A DNA stretch of 32,000 bases from positions 1,396,630 to 1,428,629 of the forward strand of contig NZ_CM001976.1 in NCBI RefSeq assembly GCF_000406145.1. Reading direction: 5' to 3'. Source of the DNA: Dickeya dadantii NCPPB 898. Its GTDB lineage: Bacteria; Pseudomonadota; Gammaproteobacteria; Enterobacterales; Enterobacteriaceae. The notes under the pieces were generated by a model. That model ran no database searches. It worked only from the letters and a program-made list of their open reading frames with translations, and had not been told where the DNA came from. The position numbers were made by a program, and so were the translations under genes. This document shows, piece after piece, positions 25,496 through 32,000 of this stretch (the stretch's first letter is position 1; each line of letters opens with the position of its first letter).

Positions 25496-26583
25496 ACGGG
25501 ATAAGATACCCGCTGTTGGAAGCGGAAGAGGTTGATGTCACGTTCCCGGTATCGGGTCGCTTTCCCTGGCAGAAACGCGAAGTGCGGGCGGTCAACGGTG
25601 TCAGTTTGCAGATTGCGCCCGGCGAAACCCTCGGGCTGGTGGGCGAGTCCGGCAGCGGTAAAAGCACGCTGGGCCGCGCCTTGCTGCAACTGGAGACGTT
25701 AAAACACGGCCGGGTACGTTTCAACGGCATCCCGGTCAGCGACGGCTTGCATAGCGACGTAGCCCGGCTGCGGCAGGAAACGGCGATGATTTTTCAGGAC
25801 CCGTTCTCCTCCCTCAATCCGCGCCAGACGCTGTTCCAGAGTATCGCCGAGGTGCTAAAAGTCCATAAACGGCTATCGCCCGCGGCCACCGTCGAGCGCG
25901 TCAACCAATTGCTGGCGATGGTGGGGCTGCGGCCGGAGCACGGCCGGCGCTACCCGCATGACCTGAGCGGCGGGCAGTGCCAACGCGCCGGGATTGCCCG
26001 CGCGCTGGCGCTGGAACCGCAACTGGTGGTGGCGGACGAGTGCGTGTCGGCGCTGGATGTGTCGATTCAGGGGCAGATTATCAACCTGCTGATGTCGCTG
26101 CGCGCGCAGATGGGGCTGGCGATGATCTTCATCGCCCACGATCTGGCGGTGGTGCGGCGGCTGTGTGATCGGGTAGCGGTCATGTACCTCGGGCGCATCG
26201 TGGAGGAAGGCCCGACCGAGGCGGTATTCAACCAGCCGCAGCATCCCTACACCGCCGCGCTGATTAGCGCCATTCCCGATATCGACCCTGACCGCCCGCT
26301 GCCGGCGAACGGCCTGATGGGCGAACCGCCCAGCCCGCTGGCGCTGCCGTCCGGCTGCGCGTTTCATCCGCGCTGTGCGCACGCCGTTGCCGCGTGTCGG
26401 CAGCAGTCACCGTCATTACAACAGCAGGAGCACCAGCGAGTCGCCTGCCTGCGCGCCGGAGAGTGGCGGCAGGCAGGCGCGTCGGTGTCCGCGTCCGATG
26501 TTATTGCCGCACCAGGGACTGTTTCACCACCTATAACCATACCCACTTTATCAACAGGGGAGTCGTGCCATGAAAATCTATAA
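25492..26583 (+). CDS. ABC transporter ATP-binding protein (DppF/OppF-like)
   Basis: Walker A GESGSGKST, signature LSGGQCQR, Walker B VVADECVSALD. A tail of about 35 aa overlaps the next gene by 14 nt. Confidence 0.9.
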   Translation: MNGIRYPLLEAEEVDVTFPVSGRFPWQKREVRAVNGVSLQIAPGETLGLVGESGSGKSTLGRALLQLETLKHGRVRFNGIPVSDGLHSDVARLRQETAMIFQDPFSSLNPRQTLFQSIAEVLKVHKRLSPAATVERVNQLLAMVGLRPEHGRRYPHDLSGGQCQRAGIARALALEPQLVVADECVSALDVSIQGQIINLLMSLRAQMGLAMIFIAHDLAVVRRLCDRVAVMYLGRIVEEGPTEAVFNQPQHPYTAALISAIPDIDPDRPLPANGLMGEPPSPLALPSGCAFHPRCAHAVAACRQQSPSLQQQEHQRVACLRAGEWRQAGASVSASDVIAAPGTVSPPITIPTLSTGESCHENL

Positions 26584-28084
26584 ACGCAATGTGGCGGCCG
26601 CCGGCGTGCTGCTGGCGCTCAGCCTGGTCAGCGAGCTGGCGCAGGCGGCCGGGATTCTCACCATCGGACGGCGTGAGGACAGCACCACCTTCGACCCGAT
26701 TAAGTCGGCGCAGAATGCCGATAACTGGGTGTTTTCGAACGTGTTCGACGTGCTGATCCGGGTGGATAAAACCGGCACGAAACTGGAACCGGGGCTGGCG
26801 CAGAGCTGGACGGTGTCGCCGGACGGCAAGGTGTACACCTTCACGCTGCGCGAGGCGCGATTTTCCGACGGCTCGCCGGTGACGGCGCAGGACGCCGTGT
26901 TTAGCCTGACCCGTATCCGCGACAGCAAGGAGTCCTTATGGCGAGACTCTTACAGCATCATCGACAAGCTGGAGGCGCCGGATGCGCATACGCTGGTGGT
27001 GACGCTGAAATCGCCTTCCGCGCCGTTTCTGTCGCAGTTGGCGTTGCCGAACGCCTCGGTGCTGCCGGAGAAAATTGTCCACAGTCTGGGTGAGGAAACC
27101 TTTGCCGAGAAACCTGTCGGCTCCGGGGCGTTTGTCATTACGTCCTGGGCGCGCGGCGACAAGATCGTGCTGGCGAAAAACCCCTATTACTGGCAGGCGG
27201 ACCACGTCAGCCTGGACGGGGTGGAGTGGCAGACGATCCCGGACGACAATACCCGAATGTTGAAAGTGCAGGCCGGCGAGCTGGATGCGGCGCTGTCGGT
27301 GCCGTTCTCGCGTCTCGCATCGCTGCAGAAAGACCCCAACCTCAAGGTGGCGCTGGACCCGTCCACCCGAGAAGACAGCTTGCTGATTAACCATTCTCAT
27401 GGGTTGCTCGGCAAGGTAGCGGTGCGCCAGGCGCTGGATTATGCGATCGATAAAAGCGCCATCGTCAAGACCGTGACGTTTAACTACGGTACCGTCGCCA
27501 ATTCTTACATTCCCAAAGGGGCGCTCTATTACTACGCCGACAACCTGCAACGCCCGTATGACCCGGAAAAAGCCAAACAGATGCTGAAGGCGGCGGGCGC
27601 ATCCGATCTGAAACTGAATTATGTGGTCAACGCCGGGGATGAAGTGGACGAGCAAATCGCCGTGCTGCTGCAACAGCAACTGGCGAAAGCCGGGGTTACC
27701 GTTAATCTGCAAAAGGTCGACCCCAGCCAGAGCTGGAGCATGCTGGTGGCGGGCGATTTTGACGTGTCGGTGAATTACTGGACCAATGACATTCTGGACC
27801 CGGATCAGAAAACCACCTTTGTGCTCGGTCACGACAGCAATATGAACTACATGACCCGCTACCAGAACGACAAGGTCAAGGCGCTGGTTGCCGCCGCGCG
27901 GGTGGAAATGGATCCGAAAAAGCGTGAGCAGATGTACATCGACTTGCAGAAGATGGCCAAAGACGACGCCAACTGGATCGATCTCTACTACAGCCCGTAC
28001 CGTAATGTAACGCGCAAGAACATCAGCGGTTTCTACCAGAACCCGCTGGGGCGTTTCTTCCTCGAAGATACGGTGAAGGGGTAA
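26570..28084 (+). CDS. ABC transporter periplasmic substrate-binding protein, family 5 (peptide/nickel/opine type)
   Basis: 504 aa with signal peptide ...SLVSELAQAAG. Family-5 SBP size and motifs (...DPIKSAQNADNWV..., ...YYSPYRNV...). Last gene of the operon. Confidence 0.85.
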   Translation: MKIYKRNVAAAGVLLALSLVSELAQAAGILTIGRREDSTTFDPIKSAQNADNWVFSNVFDVLIRVDKTGTKLEPGLAQSWTVSPDGKVYTFTLREARFSDGSPVTAQDAVFSLTRIRDSKESLWRDSYSIIDKLEAPDAHTLVVTLKSPSAPFLSQLALPNASVLPEKIVHSLGEETFAEKPVGSGAFVITSWARGDKIVLAKNPYYWQADHVSLDGVEWQTIPDDNTRMLKVQAGELDAALSVPFSRLASLQKDPNLKVALDPSTREDSLLINHSHGLLGKVAVRQALDYAIDKSAIVKTVTFNYGTVANSYIPKGALYYYADNLQRPYDPEKAKQMLKAAGASDLKLNYVVNAGDEVDEQIAVLLQQQLAKAGVTVNLQKVDPSQSWSMLVAGDFDVSVNYWTNDILDPDQKTTFVLGHDSNMNYMTRYQNDKVKALVAAARVEMDPKKREQMYIDLQKMAKDDANWIDLYYSPYRNVTRKNISGFYQNPLGRFFLEDTVKG

Positions 28085-28090
28085 GGTTAA

Positions 28091-28120
28091 CCGCTCCCGT
28101 TAACCGGGAGCGGATCTTTA
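28091..28120 (+). terminator. Intrinsic terminator of the ABC operon
   Basis: ccgctcccg-ttaac-cgggagcgg followed by atctttactt. The 3' half overlaps the first bases of the amn ghost. Confidence 0.7.
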
Positions 28121-29175
28121 CTTACCGGAACAGCGGTTCGTTGAAGGTACGCAGCCTCCGCGAATGCAGGTAGTAAGGCTTCGCCGCGCAGCAGCTACAC
28201 CCTGAAGAAAGCCGATCCGCAAATGCTCGCAAATCACACCTGCATAGAAGCAGAGAGCCTGACCGAGCAGTTTGATCTCACCGTGCAACGGCTAATACGA
28301 CACGCACAACAAGGTGCCGTAAAGCACCCGCGAAGAAATACCCCTGCGCCCCCGATCAGGGAGCTACATCAAAGTCTACCGCCACCGCAAGGCGGAGGTT
28401 GAAGCGCAGCGCCGAAGACGGAATAGCGCAATTCCCAGTTGCGATCGTAGGTGGCAACAACAGTGCCGATGCGCAGGCAATGTCACAATTCCTCGCCCGG
28501 CATGACAAAAAACTGATCAGTAGCATCGATACAAGGCAAGATGTACTTAGAAAATGCTAGGGATCAGCAAAATAAGGCGGCAACAACCAATCCAGCACGT
28601 GATCGTAACGCAGGTAAGCGTGCGCCAGTTACGTAATCGCAAATGGTATGACTTTCCAGCAAGGACGCCGAACTCGCCGATCATCAACCAGGCATGCAGC
28701 AGCAGGACCACCAGATGGTCGAAGATGATGTTTTGGCGTTGGACGGTCACAACGCCGATGATCACCAGCGTAATGCCGCGCCCTTCGCGCGAGATGAGAT
28801 GCTAAGCCGGCATCTGATGATTTTTCCACTGCACAGAACCGATAAAGCCTGCTGCGGATTCGCCGTATCGGCGGTAATCAGCGCGCCGACAACACAGGCT
28901 AACAACCCTGATACGCCCTGGCAGGATCGGTAATTTGATCGCAAGCCCAGCGCACGAAGTAATCGACATACCGCATAAAGTTGGTGAACAGCACGAACGG
29001 CTGGAAGTGCCCGACTCAAATGACGAAGTACTAGCGCAGGCGCGCAACCGATAAAATCGGTACAAAGCGCACTCGAAGTGCGACAGGGGGAAATGCTCGA
29101 GAAACTGCAACAGACCATCAAAATGTTTAGTCGCCAATCAACACAAAAGATGGGGTCGGGAAATCCAGCGCCACC
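28107..29175 (-). pseudogene. Degenerate, 5'-truncated, frame-broken copy of the 3' ~1 kb of amn (the amn ghost)
   Basis: Collinear with amn 29561-30595 in the same orientation. Perfect blocks include 28763-28801 = 30201-30239 and 28918-28958 = 30351-30391. Interspersed blocks are rewritten and carry indels. Only short fragmentary ORFs remain, with patchy similarity to Amn (e.g. ...DHLVVLLLHAWLMIG...). Weaker similarity may continue to about 29300. Confidence 0.85.
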
Positions 29176-29319
29176 TTCTCTGGTGGAGTATCCGGTTCAA
29201 CTAATTCAGTTAATAGTTTTGCTAGTGCCTGTGAATTAAGTATCTGATCATCTTGCTGCGATATTTTGCCATTCCTGCGGTAGGAAACGTTACAGTGAGA
29301 CAAAATCTTTAGACAGACC

Positions 29320-29341
29320 CGCCACTCGGCGGGTTTTTTAT
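29320..29341 (+). terminator. Canonical intrinsic terminator on the + strand with no annotated + strand gene upstream
   Basis: cccgcc-actc-ggcggg followed by tttttt. Confidence 0.75.
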
Positions 29342-29356
29342 TGTCAGCTTTAAACC

Positions 29357-29375
29357 ACCTCCTCGGGAGGTGGTG
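29357..29375 (-). terminator. Hairpin, possible distal - strand terminator
   Basis: ccacctcc-tcg-ggaggtgg. On the - strand it is followed by tttaaag. Confidence 0.4.
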
Positions 29376-29384
29376 ATTGTTCCT

Positions 29385-29560
29385 GTGAGGCTATAGCCTG
29401 AAGAAACCCGATGCGTAAATGTTTCATCTTACACTTGGATGATTCAGAGAGGCTGTGAGGTTTTTTCCTCGGTAATGCATTCGAGAAGAAGGCTAAAGAG
29501 TGGCGAATAAATATTTTGTGCCCCCTTTCAGGGGGCTACATCAAAGCCGCCTTCTCTGAA
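29385..29560 (-). other. Second, shorter and more diverged amn-3'-derived fragment abutting the amn stop codon
   Basis: Aligns with the ghost at 28196-28400. It shares ghost-specific motifs that amn lacks: cctgaagaaaSccgat (29397-29412 vs 28201-28216) and cagggRgctacatcaaag (29529-29546 vs 28357-28374). Confidence 0.55.
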
Positions 29561-29572
29561 GGCGGATTTTTA
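29547..29572. terminator. Hairpin immediately 3' of amn; T-run is on the + strand side
   Basis: ccgccttc-tct-gaaggcgg, then attttta on the + strand. On the - strand it begins 8 nt after the amn stop and is followed by ctttg. Confidence 0.55.
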
Positions 29573-29573
29573 C

Positions 29574-31031
29574 TTACCGGAACGGCGGTTCGTTGAAGGT
29601 GCGCAGTTTGCGCGAATGCAGGTGTTCGGCTTCGGCGCGCAGCAGGTCCACCGTGCGGATGCCGATCTGCAAATGCTCGGAAATCGCGCCTTCATAGAAG
29701 CGGTTGGCCTGACCGGGCAGTTTGATCTCACCGTGCAACGGCTTATCCGACACGCACAACAGGGTGCCGTAAGGCACCCGGAAGCGATACCCCTGCGCCG
29801 CGATGGTGGCGCTTTCCATGTCTACCGCCACCGCCCGGCTGAGGTTGAAGCGCAGCGCCGAAGCGGAATAGCGCAATTCCCAGTTGCGGTCGTCGGTGGT
29901 GACCACGGTGCCGGTGCGCAGGCGCTGTTTCACTTCCTCGCCCGGCATGCCGCTCACCTGCTTGGTGGCGTCGTACAGGGCGCGCTGTACTTCGGCGATG
30001 CTGGGGATCGGGATATCCGGCGGCAACACCGAATCCAGCACGTGGTCGTCGCGCAGGTAAGCGTGCGCCAGTACGTAATCGCCGATGGTTTGACTTTCCC
30101 GCAGGCCGCCGCAGTGGCCGATCATCAACCAGGCGTGCGGCCGCAGTACCGCCAGATGGTCGCAGATGGTTTTGGCGTTGGACGGCCCGACGCCGATGTT
30201 CACCAGCGTAATGCCGCGCCCTTCGCGCGAGATGAGATGGTAGGCCGGCATCTGATGGTTTTTCCACGCCAGATCCGATACCGCCTGCTGCGGGTTCTCC
30301 GTATCGGCGGTAATCAGCGCGCCGCCGGCACAGGCTAACGCCTGGTACGGGCTGGCAGGATCGGTAATTTGATCGCAAGCCCAGCGCACGAATTCATCGA
30401 CATACCGGGTGTAGTTGGTGAACAGCACGAACGGCTGGAAGTGCTCGGCTCGGGTGCCGGTGTAGTGGCGCAGGCGCGCCAGCGAAAAATCGGTACGTAG
30501 CGCATCGAAGTGCGACAGGGGGGAATGGTCGAGGGTCTGCAACAGACCGTCGGCAGTTTCGTCGCCGATCAACGCCAGCGATGGGGTCGGGAAATGCTGC
30601 GCCAAAGCAACGCTCATTGAGCGATCCAGCTTCAAATTGGCACCGTCGATCACATAGGGATAAGGGATTTCCTTGTCCGACAGCGCGACTTCGATAGTGG
30701 CCGAATAATCGTTTTCCAGGATCGCCAACTGTTCCGCCAGATAGTGCCGGAACAGCTGCGGCCGGGTGACGGTGGTGCGGTAGTTGCCGCCGTGGGTCAG
30801 GCGGCCGTACGCGCGGGTTTTGCTGTGCTTTTGGGACTGCCCGTCCCAACTGATGCGCAGTTCCGGGTAGACAAATAGCCCGTTGGCGCGCTCGGCGGCA
30901 TCCGGCAGGGTGCCGTGGGTAATAAAATCGCCGATTGCGGTGCGTAACGCTTTGACTGCGCGATCATACAGCGCTTCCAACTGGTCCAGCGCCTCGCTGG
31001 CGGACAGGCCTGCGCCAGGTGCATAACTCAT
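29574..31031 (-). CDS. amn: AMP nucleosidase
   Basis: 485 aa from ATG 31031 (AAGGAG RBS). Collinear with E. coli Amn over its whole length (...FVYPELRISWDG..., ...IPYPYVIDG..., ...FVLFTNYTRYVDEFVRW..., ...LVNIGVGPSNAKTICDHLAVLRP..., ending ...RKLRTFNEPPFR). Confidence 0.95.
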   Translation of the reverse strand: MSYAPGAGLSASEALDQLEALYDRAVKALRTAIGDFITHGTLPDAAERANGLFVYPELRISWDGQSQKHSKTRAYGRLTHGGNYRTTVTRPQLFRHYLAEQLAILENDYSATIEVALSDKEIPYPYVIDGANLKLDRSMSVALAQHFPTPSLALIGDETADGLLQTLDHSPLSHFDALRTDFSLARLRHYTGTRAEHFQPFVLFTNYTRYVDEFVRWACDQITDPASPYQALACAGGALITADTENPQQAVSDLAWKNHQMPAYHLISREGRGITLVNIGVGPSNAKTICDHLAVLRPHAWLMIGHCGGLRESQTIGDYVLAHAYLRDDHVLDSVLPPDIPIPSIAEVQRALYDATKQVSGMPGEEVKQRLRTGTVVTTDDRNWELRYSASALRFNLSRAVAVDMESATIAAQGYRFRVPYGTLLCVSDKPLHGEIKLPGQANRFYEGAISEHLQIGIRTVDLLRAEAEHLHSRKLRTFNEPPFR

Positions 31032-31234
31032 CTTCACTCCTTTTTTCCGATGCGATGGCCGACGCCATACAGTGCGCCCATTGTGGCACAGCACACATCA
31101 CGGCACGATGGGATAAAAGTGAATTTGAAAAGTCAGGGGGCGGTACCTTCATAGAAAACTAATTTGTGATTTATATCTCAAATTTAAGGGGTCGTTTCGC
31201 TCGCTTTTTAAACCAATAAAGAACAAATGCAAAA

Positions 31235-31325
31235 TCTGCGCAATTTCTTGCTCACTTTCCAGCATAAATCCCTGTTTGCGCAATGGATGCCGTTTTTTCA
31301 GGAGGTCTGCGCAATTTTTTGCTCA
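31235..31325. promoter_or_regulatory. Pair of 20-bp direct repeats, each an imperfect palindrome, upstream of the hcp promoter
   Basis: tctgcgcaatttcttgctca (31235-31254) and tctgcgcaattttttgctca (31306-31325), 71 bp apart. Each reads TGCGCAA-N4/5-TTGCTCA. A third ttgcgcaa lies between them at about 31277. Confidence 0.4.
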
Positions 31326-31385
31326 AATTTGACTTAGGGAAAATGACGTCATTATTTTTCCCTTTAAAAACAATAAAATAAAGAT

Positions 31386-31401
31386 TGGCATGGTCATTGC
31401 T
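31386..31401 (+). promoter_or_regulatory. Sigma54 (-24/-12) type promoter for hcp
   Basis: TGGCATggtcaTTGCT, with GG (31387-88) and GC (31399-400) separated by exactly 10 nt. The -12 element lies 53 nt upstream of the hcp ATG. Confidence 0.6.
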
Positions 31402-31452
31402 TTATGAACGGGCGAAGTCACACCTAACCGTTCAACAACAAGGAGCAAGACC

Positions 31453-31971
31453 ATGCCAACTCCATGCTATATCAGCATCGAAGGTAAAACTCAGGGCAAT
31501 ATCACCGCCGGCGCCTTTACTTCCGACTCTGTCGGCAACATCTACGTGCAGGGCCACGAAGATGAGATGCTGGTGCAGGAATTCAAACACATCGTCACCG
31601 TGCCGACCGACCCGCAGTCCGGCCAGCCGTCCGGTCAGCGCGTGCACAAACCGTTCAAATTCACCGTCGCCCTGAACAAGGCCGTGCCGCTGCTGTATAA
31701 CGCGCTGGCGTCCGGCGAAATGCTGCCGACCGTGACCCTGAAGTGGTACCGCACGTCTGTCGAAGGCAAGCAGGAACATTTCTTCACCACCACCCTGACC
31801 GATGCCACCATCGTCGACATCAACAACCAGATGCCGCACTGCCAGGACCCGTCCAAGCAGGATTACACCCAGCTGATCGAAGTGTCGCTGGCCTACCGCA
31901 AGGTGGACTGGGAGCACACCGTTGCCGGCACCTCTGGCTCCGACGACTGGCGCGCGCCGATCGAAGCGTAA
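31453..31971 (+). CDS. hcp: Type VI secretion system tube protein Hcp (TssD)
   Basis: 172 aa. MPTPCYISIEGKTQGNITAGAFT...VHKPFKFTVALNKAVPLLYNALASGE... is typical of the Hcp1 family. AAGGAG RBS. Confidence 0.95.
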   Translation: MPTPCYISIEGKTQGNITAGAFTSDSVGNIYVQGHEDEMLVQEFKHIVTVPTDPQSGQPSGQRVHKPFKFTVALNKAVPLLYNALASGEMLPTVTLKWYRTSVEGKQEHFFTTTLTDATIVDINNQMPHCQDPSKQDYTQLIEVSLAYRKVDWEHTVAGTSGSDDWRAPIEA

Positions 31972-31982
31972 TCACGCCGCAA

Positions 31983-32000
31983 CCCGGACTTCGGTCCGGG
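31983..32000 (+). terminator. Hairpin after hcp, cut by the window end
   Basis: cccggac-ttcg-gtccggg, starting 12 nt after the stop. Downstream sequence is not visible. Confidence 0.4.

Noticed and set aside
12365-27832. Long antisense or alternative-frame ORFs inside hmuT/U/V, the receptor and the ABC genes (e.g. 13075-13794 -, 13116-13997 +, 13901-14566 -, 15673-16443 -, 16519-17436 -, 23538-24500 -, 24314-25246 -, 25873-26382 -, 26936-27832 -)
   Set aside because: These are typical GC-rich shadow ORFs. Their translations are Arg/Pro/Gln/His-rich and low complexity, and each is fully overlapped by a gene with clear family motifs on the other strand or frame.
28547-29137. ORFs inside the amn ghost (72, 66, 119 and 111 aa on -; 83 and 79 aa on +)
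   Set aside because: The - strand ORFs are broken pieces of the amn frame with patchy similarity and premature stops. The + strand ORFs mirror the antisense shadow ORF that also exists opposite intact amn (29616-30338).
28107-30595. Diversity-generating retroelement (TR/VR pair) as an explanation for the adenine-linked differences between the ghost and amn
   Set aside because: - No reverse transcriptase or accessory gene is in the window.
- The repeat is ~1 kb rather than ~100-150 bp.
- Differences include indels and non-A changes, and many shared A positions are invariant.
- The A excess is on the strand antisense to amn coding.
- The supposed target, amn, is a highly conserved housekeeping sequence collinear with E. 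coli Amn.

The idea is kept only as a remote possibility within the main finding.

Overview
High-GC enterobacterial chromosomal segment. Two ERIC elements and the gene content suggest a plant-associated Pectobacteriaceae-type genome, but that is inference only. No rRNA, tRNA, CRISPR array, transposase or integrase was seen.

Gene order, left to right:
- yjbE (cut by the window edge), yjbF, yjbG, yjbH: exopolysaccharide-associated operon.
- An unlisted 54-aa Gly/Pro-rich lipoprotein.
- AdrA/DgcC-like MASE2-GGDEF diguanylate cyclase.
- GntR/FCD-type regulator (-), divergent from a 170-aa unknown ORF and an SDR oxidoreductase.
- VirK/YbjX (-) and a BhsA-family stress protein (-).
- A composite ERIC element, then a Fur box and hmuSTUV (heme utilisation).
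- A TonB-dependent receptor, a secreted beta-propeller lactonase, and a Dps-family ferritin (-).
- A LuxR-solo locus of the plant-associated-bacteria (PAB) type: proline iminopeptidase (-), second ERIC, orf111 (+), LuxR solo (-), and a divergent 5-gene peptide-type ABC transporter (+).
- A 1.5-kb ORF-free stretch made of degenerate amn copies.
- Intact amn (-), a sigma54-type promoter, and hcp (T6SS tube protein).

Most unusual observations:
1. A frame-broken, 5'-truncated ghost of amn, plus a second mini-fragment, lies just downstream of the intact gene. Identity is block-mosaic and mismatches are strongly biased toward A on the + strand.
2. The LuxR solo carries the M57/W61 signature of PAB solos, flanked by pip and an ABC importer. 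About 12 degenerate 18-bp repeats are fused in frame to its 5' end.
3. A perfect 13-bp x 11 tandem array sits upstream of dps.
4. In-frame 18-bp tandem repeats lie right after the signal peptides of HmuT and of the TonB-dependent receptor. Several other 14-17-bp tandem duplications lie near gene ends.
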